From: Octopus sinensis | Lineage: Eukaryota | Assembly (NCBI RefSeq): GCF_006345805.1 | Contig: NC_043007.1 | Coordinates: 63,364,001 to 63,428,000, forward strand | Length of the DNA stretch: 64,000 nt | Reading direction: 5' to 3' | In this document: positions 52,986 through 64,000 of the stretch, one piece after another | Layout of the letters: each line of letters starts with the position of its first letter | Position numbering within the stretch: the stretch's first letter is position 1 | Translations under genes and position numbers: made by a program | Notes under the pieces: model-generated | What the model was told of the DNA's origin: nothing | What the model saw: the letters and a program-made list of their open reading frames with translations, nothing else | Databases searched by the model: none

Positions 52986-55900
52986 GATGAGGATATAATA
53001 AAAAACAATGTAAGTATTGCATATTTTAATGAGATTTTTATGACTTGATTTTTTCATACTTTGAATATTTAGAGTAAATTTGTTACTGAGAGAGTAGGAA
53101 ATTCTTCAAATCTGAATCAGTTAATCACAACTTTATTTTGATTTATTTTATCAGTTTCATGAATGAAAATATTTGTTCACATGACTCAAGAGTATTTGGA
53201 ACGAGAAAATTTCATTTTTAATAAAGAATTTGTTTTTAAGGCAGTAAATTCTATTTGTATGTCAATAGTCATTTTCAGGATTTAAGTAAGTAAAAATAGG
53301 TTTAGATTTTTTTGACATCTTTTTGTGAAAATTGGCATTATCTTCAGTGCATTATACTTTGCTTTTAAGTATGAAAACTGGTTCAAATCTGCATTTTCTG
53401 GTTGAGCTTTAATTTTATTTATTTCGAATGTCTTGATATCATATATTAAGCTAAGAAACAATTTGTTCTTGCCAGTAGTTTCAATTTTGATTATTGAGAC
53501 AGTAGTGACAGTTAAGTCAAATAGCCAATTGTTTTCACATAAAAAGACTTTCTTCAGGCAGCTCAGTTTTCTCTTCTAGATTATAGACCTGCCCTCAAAG
53601 AACCCAGCAAACCTCACAATCAAAGACAAGATCACTATAATCCTAATCTAACATTTCACAACATTCTCCAAATTCTCATTTGCTTAATGCTTTGTCTCAT
53701 ACATTCCACAACCTGATACTGATGTCAGATACTATTCATTTTCCTTGAAATGACTCAAAATCAAAAGTTCTTCACAGACAAAAATTGCTATTAATTACTC
53801 TTTTAAAACTGCATAATTAGGCTATATAACATATGTTAGATGATTCATACAAAGATAAAGATATCAAGTACAAACATAAAAAAAGCCATTCAGTTGCTCA
53901 GATACATCACAAGTAAGTTCTTTGGTTTATTTCATAGTTATTTTCTTTGAGAGAGCAAATATTTTTATTATTGAGACACTTTGCAAATAAGGCCTAACAA
54001 TTTCTTACCCATCAAGTAAAGGCTTCCATTTTTTGACCAATGCTACAGCAATTTCATCAACTTTTTATAAATATATTATCGTCTATTTTTGATTTCTTCC
54101 TTTTTCTGAATCACATGCCTTTTTTGTTACTCAAGACTAAGTAATAGCTTTGGTTTTCATTTTATTTTAGGTTGATGTGTTTGTAGTATCTTCAAGATCA
54201 TGTCTTCTATTAAGTGAGAAACTTATCATAAACATTGCACAACAGCTTTCATAAAGAACTTGTTGATAAGAGCTCACTTTCTCCTCTGTTTATTCACTTC
54301 ACACTATCACATTTTTATTTTGAGCTGTGCTGAATAATGTAAGCATAAGACTTAATTTTTTTTAAATAAAGTACTAATCAGCAAATGTTTACAAAAGACT
54401 AATGAAATTTAGCCCTGTAGCATAGTAGTTTCAACTGCAAACTAACTAGCAAAAAGTTGCAACAATCCTGTGCAGGCAGTTGCCTCAGGATGAAACAAGT
54501 ATCAAATGTATACTGAACAATTATGGATGGTATGCAATGGGCCATTTCATCCAGTGCACCATTTTTTGTGCATGTGCCATAAGTTGGCCATATCTGATCC
54601 ATACTTATATCTCAATGCTGTAAATATTTTTGTAATATAATTTATGTTCATGAAAAACGATTAATGTTTTAGGCAAGTGAGGTAAAAAGTTTTAGCAGTC
54701 ATGCTTTTGTCCAGGACATTTTCAGTATACATGATTAAGTATCATTTGGGAATAAAAAAATAAAAACATTTGTCAAGTAACCTACTAAAGTAATCTCTTT
54801 TCTTTAATTCTGAATTATGTCTATATAATATATATTACCTTACATGTTTTTTAGTTATGCTTCATAGATTTTTTCTGTTAGATTTTAATTCTGTGTATGC
54901 AGAATCATTAAGCTAAATATACTATACGATGAAGTCTATTAACAGGATAAAAATTACTTTCTTTCTTTTCTGTCATTTGAAAAGAACAAAATGTTTTTAA
55001 CAGTTATTCATATATAATTAGAATGGCCACTTTAGTTTCACATGAAGTGATATATTTAAAATGTATACATGTCTCTTACACAAACTGCAGTTATATGCAA
55101 TTCAAAAAATTTGGCTGAGTTGTTATTATCTACTATATTTATAAAATATCCCTAGATATATAACTGATAAATCTCTAAGAATGCTACAGCAATATTTGAT
55201 TATTTTAGGAAATAATTCTGAAATGATTGATGTCACACACACACACATTATTGAATTAGTACAGATTTCAAGTAATAATCTCAAAATCTGAATTCAACGA
55301 CAGCAAAGCAAAATTTTCATTTTGTACACTCTCAAAATCTGGTAACACACTTTAATGATAAGCACCACCACAATATTAAGGTTCACGCTGAATAAATTCA
55401 AAGATTAAGTCTTTAAAAATCAAATGGATGAAATGAATAAAAAAAAAGATTAGAAAAAAAAAACAAGTAACCAAAAGAAAAACACACATACACATCACAA
55501 CAAGAATAACAGCAAATCATAAAGTCCTTTTAAAAGAAGTTACAACCTAATCAGAACACAATAAGTTCCCATAGTCTTTAATTCCTTATCTCAAAAAATA
55601 TCTATGAATACTTGATTCAAAGTAAAATTCTTTATCTTCATTAGTCACATTTTGTGTATAATCATTAAGGAAGCAGAGTTGAAGGGTTACTTAAATGATT
55701 AATAAACTTAGAATTCATGAAACCTGCTTTTTACTAACAATGTAAAATGTAAATTATAAAACTATATATATATATATATATATATAAGGATGAAAATGAA
55801 TTATGACTGCTTCTGTTTTTACAGTCTTTTTGTTAGAAAATAGGGCTATTATTAGCACCTAAATTATTCACTTTGATTATGATTCCTGTTTGATTTCATC

Positions 55901-58349
55901 AAGAAAGATGAAATGAAGCAAACAGGATAAGACTTGAAAAATATGAAGTTCTCTTTCACAACTCTCTGTACTAAATAAATAATATCAACAAAATATATTT
56001 CCTCTGCAATAAATAATGTAGAAGTAAAGGTTTTAATAAGAATAATATGATAGTTAAGATATGACAAGGTTTCTGGACTTAAAAGATTCCAGATGAACAT
56101 GGAAAATAACTAAGGCCATAATTAAACAGGTTAATTTTACTTCACCTTGTTCTTTACAAACATTTTAAAAGCTTCCAATCAACTCTTTAGTTATTTCATA
56201 TAAATTTTTAACAACTTTTTTTAATTATGAATTTTATCATTAGTGTATGGTAAGAACCAACAACTATATAACTGGATGCCTTTGCTGCTATAAATATTGT
56301 ACTAGTCCAAATGATTAAAATAAGTTTTAGGAGTTATACTTATTTACATAATGCTAGATGATAAATTTAATAATCTTAATATTCTATATAACAAAGTTAT
56401 AATCATAAACAGTCTTTAAATCTTAAGATCATAAGCTTAAAACCCCACCAGTGCAGAAATCAAGTTATTCAATATGTTCCAAATAAAAGTTTGTTAGAAA
56501 ATGGAGTTTAGATTATGAAACCAAATTCCTTATTATATGTACAAAACTACAAATTACATGGTGAAGTTTAAAGCTTAAATGTATCATTTTTAAATGGATG
56601 CTGTTTTGATTACTTTAAACAATAAGGTTAAATTATTAAAACTTAAATTTTTTAAGATGTTCTCATAATACTTATTTTTATAAACTACATTGAAGATTGT
56701 ATTTGGGGCAAAAGACCAGGCAGTTATTATGATATTGCTCGTTCACAATAACAAAAGAATTACAAAATTAGCTAGAACAATTCAGGTAGTTTTTGGAAGA
56801 AAAACATATGAATGACACAGAAAATGAGCTGTGCTACTGATGAAACATGTTAAGTTTAATTTGAAACTTAAACTCTAAGCCAAGTTGAACTATTTTTCCA
56901 ATTATTAGAAACCAATATTAAAACCAAGTACCTTAAAAGATAATTACAGAAATATAAAACTTCATTCAATTTTCACCATAAAGCTATCAGGCAAAACAAA
57001 TACAAATAACAAAAGAATCAAAATAATATAAGCTACAAATTTTTATAAGACTATAAAATTATTTTCTAAGAATAAATAATTTAAGAAACAATCCAAATTC
57101 AAAAGCAAATAAAAAAAATATTTTTTATTATAGTTGAATTTTCACAGTGTTAAAATAGGTAAAAACTAGTAAAGACACTATGTATATCTGAAAATAATTT
57201 CTTTAAAGGCTTTAAAAATTATTGCCTTTCTTCATAACTTGCACAAATCAAATAATTGCTAATCTATTTGTCTCATCAATATATTTCCTAACATTAGATA
57301 AAGAAATACTTGAGTATAACTTTATTATGAAGGTGATTTAATAAGCAATGCACAATATTTCAAAAACAAGACATACAATGCATTAATGGGTTTTGAATAA
57401 TTATTCACAATTTTGCAAGCACATATCATTTTACACACATATCATTTTCAAATAAAGACAACAACAAAAATATGAAAGATGGAAAATCTACAATATATAC
57501 ACTACCTAACATTATAACTAGATACATATCAAACATATGTACCTCAACTTGATTACTACTGATTGGACAACATAAAATATTTTAAAAGTGATTTAAAAAA
57601 TTGTTTTTTAATGTTTCTATTCTATTGAAAATATATAAGTGCTGATTTTCATTACAGCTGAATGTGAATTCTAAGTAGAAGATTTTTAAAAAAATCAAAA
57701 ACATTCATTTGGAGGAAAGGATGACAATATGTAACTGAAACAATTACAAGTAACTTTACAAGAATATAGATGTCATAACTTTACAATATGGTATTAGACA
57801 ATATTTCATGCATGTATTCATTTGTTGAGATGAAGAAATACATTTGTTTTTCTTAGTAATGATATGCATGCTACAGGGGAACCAGATAAAAATACTTGCC
57901 CTGAATTGAATCTTTCAAAGCCTTGTGTACTGAAAGAGAGATACTGATAAGAAGAGTGATTCAAAAATATTTTTAAGGATTTAAAAAATAGCTTATTGTC
58001 ATAAAAAGGAAATAATTTTTCTAAAATTTTCAAATAAAATGTATCAACACGGTTACATTTCCCAGTTATTCCAGTGGAATGTATACCATTCCTAAAGTAT
58101 ATTTGCTAGCTAAATTTATGTATTGTTTATTGTGAGTACGCTATTCTTTCTTGAGAGTATTTGTCCTTCCAGGTTCGAGAATTTCTCACTACATGCTTAC
58201 AACTTATTTGTTATGAATATCTCCAGTCACACTTTTAACCCTTTCTAAAAGCATGAACAGGCAATCATCTAAATATCTTCATACCTTTCCATCCCAGTCT
58301 TATTTTGCATATGTTTGCTTAAAGAGAAAACCATATATTTTTTTAATTC

Positions 58350-58705
58350 TTTTACTTGTTTCAGTCATTTGACTGCAGCCATGCTGGAGCAGCACCTTAA
58401 AAGGTATTTAGTCAAAGAAATTAACCCCAAGGCTTATTCTTTGTAAGCCTAGTACTTATGCTATCAGTCTCTTTTGTTGAACTTCTAAGTTACAGGGATG
58501 TAAACACACCAACATCAGTTGTCAAATGATGGTGGAGGGATACACACACACACACAAACAGGCTTCTTTTAGTTTCCATCTACCAAATCCACTCACAAGG
58601 CTTTGGTCACCCTGAGGCTATAGTGGAAGACACTTACCCAAGGTGCCATGCAGTGGGACAGAAGCTGGAACCATGTGGCTGGGAAGCAAACTTCTTACTA
58701 CACTA
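58350..58705 (-). mobile_element. SINE family B, long form
   Basis: Same as 29165-29580 and 45590-45935. Confidence 0.85.
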
Positions 58706-58865
58706 TTTTCAAAGCATATTTAGTTTATTTCTGACAGCGTCATCAATCTTTATCTTTATGTAAAACACTTAAGGTCTCTGCATGATAGACAAAGAGTGAA
58801 AGTGAATCTGGAATGTGGCATAATTGATATAGGGTTTTCTACATTTCTTTCTTTCTTTCAACTAC

Positions 58866-59084
58866 ACAAGAGTGTGTGGAAAAGTTCCTGACTCTAAGGG
58901 TATCACAAAAGGCCTGATTGGAGGCCCAACCTTTCAAGCTTTTTTCAGAGCTTAGAAAAACTGAACGATCACTGTGATAAGTGTGTGAATCTGAGAGGGG
59001 AATATGTTGGATAAAATCATAATTAACTGATCCTCTTGTATTTTTTTTCACCCAAAGCCAGGAACTTTTCAGCACCTCCTCATA
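58866..59084. mobile_element. Mariner-type MITE
   Basis: Left gtgtggaaaagttcctgact and right aaagccaggaacttttcagcacctcctcata are inverted copies of a mariner-like TIR ending in TA. Confidence 0.75.
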
Positions 59085-60053
59085 ATCTTTTAACTGGTAG
59101 AAACTCTTTACAGCAACAGTAAAAATATAAATGAATTAGTTACAAACTCGTTAAAATATTAAATACTGAATTACTAATTTTAAAAAAATTCATAATTTCA
59201 ACATTTATTGTTGACACATCTCTAGAACAAAATAAATTTGAGCTAATGTAGGGGCTGCTTATCTTGCAATAAAGTTTCTTCTAACTTCCTTGCCATCTTT
59301 AAAAATGAGACTAAAACCAAGAATATTCAGACAGAACTGGATGGAAGTACTCAGCAACAAGAAATTAACATGCAAATTTTAAAAATTTGACAAAAATAAA
59401 TAAATAGCAATAAAATGAAGTGAATGGTAACTAAAAATTAACTAATTAACTAGGCAAATTAACCACATCCAAAGGACAATTGCTGAGGTTGGTGAAAGCC
59501 AGTCTCTTTCAAAGAATAATTACAGATGGCAATGAGAACTTAACAACATTAATGAGATAGTAAGAAGAAATTGTGTATGGATTGGTTAGCAATTAAAGAA
59601 ATGGTTTGGATTGCATAGCTATTATCATCAGCTTTCAAGTGAAAATAACTAAGACAAGGTTAAGATGCACAAATTTCTAACCATAAAGTAATTAACCTGT
59701 AATTGACTGTATGATAATGTTTTATATAAACCAATTAAAATTCATTTGTCCGTTTAATTTCTGTAAAGAAATACAATAGCTAAGTGGTTTGCTTACTAAA
59801 CCATTGTCCAAAATGTCACAAAAATTTAAACTCTATGACTGAACTATTTTACTTAGTTTACTTAACAGAAAATAGTTACCACTCCCTGGCTTAAGACTAA
59901 ATTTTAAAAAAGCATTAGTAAAGGTCATAAAAACTCCTGCTCTAAAATTTCAGGCAAGTGAAATTTATAGAAGCTTTGAAGCTATGTTTGCAGAGAGTAA
60001 AAAATGAAAAAGTAAAAAAAAAAAATTTTTAGATTATTTGAATATATGATAAT

Positions 60054-60166
60054 AAACTGCCTACTTAGTCTATGTTAAAAAAGAGAAATTGACAAGATAA
60101 TTTTCACACTAAACTTGGCTCTCCTCTTTTATTTATCCTGAAACCATTTGAAGAACCAGAACAGAA
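60054..60166. repeat. 113-bp segment duplicated at 63024-63136
   Basis: Three mismatches between the copies by eye; same orientation, 2970 bp apart. Confidence 0.92.
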
Positions 60167-61369
60167 CTCGGGTAGTTAAAAGTTAAATATTTAAGTTTCT
60201 ATCTTGTACATCACTATTTAAAATTTAAATTATGTCAGGACTGCCACTTCTTATAGGTTTCACGAGGTATCAATAATGAAATCCAGTCATTTCAATCAAC
60301 TTCACAATATGCTCAAAAATGTTATGTTCCCTCTTAATTAATGTACTAAATAAAAACAAGTTTTTTTACAAAATAAGTTGAGCATAAGCAAAATGAGAAT
60401 GCAGTTTGGAATCAGAATTACTTGCTGATGTATGTAACAAGATGATCCTGAAATGTGATTGGAAAATATCTAACAAAAATGTTGCTATAAATTGATGATA
60501 AAAAGTATCCTTGGTATAAATAAATCAAAGACTTCAGAGAAAGTGTTTAGATCAGATGTATGAAAACTGAACTTCACAGGTAATACAGATTATACACATA
60601 ATCAGTGACAGATGTGTTTAAAATAATCATAAACATATATCCATCTTAGAAATTACCCTTAAAAATAGAATAAGTTTAAGAAAAAAATTTTAATATTTGT
60701 CCTTTTTTTAATTTCTATATTATAATGTGTTTCTGTTTAACTATCAACTTTTGAAAAATTCCTAGTACAATATAAAAATGGCCAAGAACTACTTTATTGT
60801 GCTTCTCTTTGTTAAATGTAACAGCAATTAGACAGTAATTGAATGGTTTCACACAACATTCCCTCTTTGAAGAATGAGTTTTGTTTTCAGATGACACACA
60901 TTAACCTCAAAACACAAATATGCAGAGGTTGATCATAAGGGTCAGTGCAAGAGAATGAAATTGCAGGTTTTTGATGTTAAAAGTATAACTTGTAGACTTG
61001 CATAAGACCAAAACCAGCTATTAGGAAGCAAAGACATTTATTATCCAGTGATAGTCAGAAATAGGTTACAAGGTAACACAGGCAGTACCTAGGTCAATTT
61101 TAATTATGTGGAAGTGTGAAAAGCCAGAACATACTAGTAAATCTGCTATTTACTTCAGAAACATTCTTTAGTAGGTAAGGTGAAAGAGTGGTATATCTTT
61201 CAAGACAGAACATGTTTTTCGACTCATAAGTTATACTAAAACAGAAAATAACTGAATAAATTATTTCATTAGCTAATGTGTAAATCTTATATCAGATATA
61301 TATACATAGAAAAAAAATGGTTAAGAATACATTAAAAAGTATGAAAGTTCAAAGGAAAATTTTTTTTCA

Positions 61370-62030
61370 ATTTTTGCTGTTTTTTGTTTCAGTCATTGGA
61401 CTGTGGCCATGCTGGGACACTGCCTTGTAGAGTTTAGTCGAACAAGTCAATCCCAGAAACAATTTTTTATTTATGGTACTTATTCTATAGGTCTTTTTTG
61501 CCAAACTGCGAAGTAAAGGAGAGGTAAACAAATCAATACAATTTGTCACACATTGGGAATGGGACAATCACAAAAATATATACATACACATGTGTGTGCG
61601 TGTGTGCATGTTTACGACAAGTTTCATCATCATTGTTAAACTCCCACTTTTCTATGCTTGCATGGGTCAGATGGAATTTGTTGAGACATTTTCTATCACT
61701 GGATACCCTTTTCTATCATCAATCTCGCCTGTTTCCAAGCAAGATAATATTTTCCCATTGTCAGACAAGTTTCCAAGGAAGACTGGTAACAGTATTGCTT
61801 GTATGACAGTGATGCTTGTTTGCATGATGCTAAGACAAGGGTACACAAACACATGTGCATATATACAATGGGCTTCTTTCAGTTTTCCTTTACCAAATTC
61901 ACTTAGAAAGCTTTGGTTGGCCCAGAGATATAGTCAAATATACTTGCCTATTGTGCTACACAATGGGACTGAACCAATGACCACACAGCTGGGAAGCAAG
62001 CTTTTCAATCACACAAGCATGCCTGTAGCT
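61370..62030 (-). mobile_element. SINE family B long form interrupted by an RTE-3' fragment (about 61620-61820)
   Basis: Body at 61370-61580, head at 61860-62025, catcatcattgttaaact...catgggtcagatggaatttgttgag insert between them. Confidence 0.7.
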
Positions 62031-62276
62031 AATTTATAACCCATGAACTGAGAGTCCTATTTATTTGACATTTTCTTCTCTAAACACTTAAAAGTATTTA
62101 ATTATAAAAGAAAAAAAATAGATCTATTTCTCTATAATCTAATCAACTTACAAGAACAATTTAAAATATTTGCTTTTTTTTTTTCCTGTCAAAGATAATT
62201 AGGTTTATTTAAATAAATCACTAACAACAATTTTACTAATAAGTCACACAGTAAAAATTCTTCCTCATTAAAAGAA

Positions 62277-62453
62277 CAAGTATGACTAAGTGGTGAATAA
62301 CATGTTCAGTCAAGTTAAAACGCCACTGAAACAAGTTGGGGCAAACAATTGTTTTGAGACTGTGTCAAGTATGACTAAGTGGTGAATAACATGTTCAGTC
62401 AAGTTAAAACGCCACTGAAACAAGTTGGGGCAAACAATTGTTTTGAGACTGTG
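62277..62453. repeat. Perfect tandem duplication, period 89 bp
   Basis: caagtatgactaagtggtgaataacatgttcagtcaagttaaaacgccactgaaacaagttggggcaaacaattgttttgagactgtg x2. Confidence 0.95.
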
Positions 62454-63023
62454 CTCAAATTGTGGTGTAGAGAGAGAGAGGAAGGAAGAGTGAAAAAGTA
62501 ATTTGGAACATAGAACTACTGCAAAAATGTAGTACCCTTTTAACTTTCAAATAGAATTAAACAAAATAGGCATTTGATTTTTTGAAAATAAAATGTGACA
62601 AAACTATCTTATTTTTAAGTGAATGTAACTAGATTCTTGAGCTAACTAATTTGTATTTGTAAAATTATAAGGTTGTATTTTAACATTAATACTTGTGTAA
62701 TAACCCCAATGAAGATGTTTAACTTTGTCTAGTTTTGTTCTACTATTGAGACAGGAGTATACCTTATAATTGTCGGGAAAGTATTTCCTTAGCTTCAAGT
62801 TTTGGACTGAAACAGAGTGGCATGACATCTAATGTTTGGTCCTTTCATCCAAACCACATTCACTAGTCTCTCTCTCTCCACTTTTCATAAAATTTCTCTC
62901 CACCTTTGTTATATGTGATATATACAAGAGTTAAAGAGAGTTTCATCAGCAATTAAAAGACTCATCTTCAATTCTTTCAGCCTCTGCTATCACTGTGATC
63001 AGACAGTTAGAGTAGACTGTAGA

Positions 63024-63136
63024 AAACTGCCTACTTAGTCTATGTTAAAAAAGAGAAATTGACAAGATAATTTTCACACTAAACTTGGCTGTCCTCTTCT
63101 ATTTATCCTGAAACCATTTGAAGAACGAGAACAGAA
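63024..63136. repeat. Second copy of the 113-bp duplicated segment
   Basis: See 60054-60166. Confidence 0.92.
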
Positions 63137-63410
63137 ACTCAATAAAATACACTAAACCTTTAAAAACAGCTGCTATTGATTTATATAAATAAAATAATGA
63201 CAGAATTAAGTGAGCAACTTCAAAGTACATCTAATATCTGAAAAGCATTTATTTTTCTCATTTAGTAAGGCTTACTGGAATGAAGTGAAAGTATTAAAAA
63301 CCTCATCACATTACTGAAATTTGGGAATATACTAACGACACTTGTGCTAAAGATACATAGTTCAAACATATGTGCAGTAACCATATAAAATGTGTGGTCT
63401 TGCTCAGAGC

Positions 63411-63452
63411 TGTGGAGTTGGAAGTAATTATTGTGGAGTTGGAAGTAATTAT
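63411..63452. repeat. 21-bp perfect tandem duplication
   Basis: tgtggagttggaagtaattat x2. Confidence 0.9.
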
Positions 63453-64000
63453 TGAATTATTAGAGTTAGAGTCAGTATGCTTTTATTGGTTCCAACTAAA
63501 TGTAAATTGTAAAATAATGCATTAAAATTTATTTCACAGATATTAATTTACCTGCTTTCTGCAATGAAAATAATCTAATCGAATTTGAAGATTTCTATAA
63601 TAGAGAATCTAGTAGAAACAATCCTGTTTTTATGTATGTCAATAACTTTTGGATTTAACTCCTATTCTATAGCTGCTCCCAAAATAGATTTTGCATGGAT
63701 AGATTTTTCAGTCTTCTACAAAATAAATTTTATCTTTTGCGTTCTTCTATGTTACACTTACTTGAATTCTATACTCAGTGATTTATATCACTAAAAGATT
63801 ATGTATCCAGTTACTTAAGGCATTCAATTTAGATTTAACACTGACTTTTTTTTTAACGTTGATCTCAATAAAATTAGATAATCAAAATTTTTGGAAAATA
63901 ATGAAATACAGATAAAAGTGACATTTCTATTTTAAGTTAACTAGTGAAAGATTGTCACAAGACATCTAGCAATAGTTTATGAAAGTTGTATGGTTTTGTT

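Noticed and set aside
53900-54650. Possible decayed DNA transposase (hAT/MULE-like)
   Set aside because: Too many stops and frameshifts to identify any motif with confidence.
62763-62828. ATG-initiated phase-0 segment MSCHSVSVQNLKLRKYFPDNYK|gtatac
   Set aside because: Weak donor and no similarity to CCDC88 N-termini; expected by chance in 40 kb.
63552-63594. 43-nt AG/GT segment ending CAG|gtaaat (NLQIRLDYFHCRKQ) as the missing upstream exon
   Set aside because: The phase could fit, but length and sequence do not match the conserved LRxxNL..IKxYYQ exon.

Overview
AT-rich, repeat-dense animal genomic DNA. The SINE, RTE-LINE and MITE families and the microsatellites resemble those of Octopus (coleoid cephalopod); this is inferred from recalled repeat consensus, not from a search. 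The only well-supported gene is a CCDC88-family (Girdin/Daple, Hook-related) gene on the minus strand. Four coding exons (22151-22220, 16464-16606, 14794-14913, 7892-8040) splice in frame through canonical GT-AG sites into about 160 aa: the end of the Hook/calponin-homology-like domain and the start of the coiled coil. I could not find the upstream exons or the next downstream exon, so the rest of the window appears to be intron, including at least 41 kb above 22220. The introns hold RTE and other LINE remnants, many tRNA-derived SINEs, TTAA (piggyBac-type), hAT and mariner MITEs, Helitron relics, microsatellites and local duplications. Most ORFs in the supplied track are repeat or microsatellite artefacts. 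I see no evidence for a new multi-gene system. The best leads are several in-frame candidate micro, cassette or alternative first exons of the CCDC88 gene, a 450-bp branched foldback, an inverted-SINE cluster that would form intronic dsRNA, and unexplained near-identical duplications. All of these are hypotheses.
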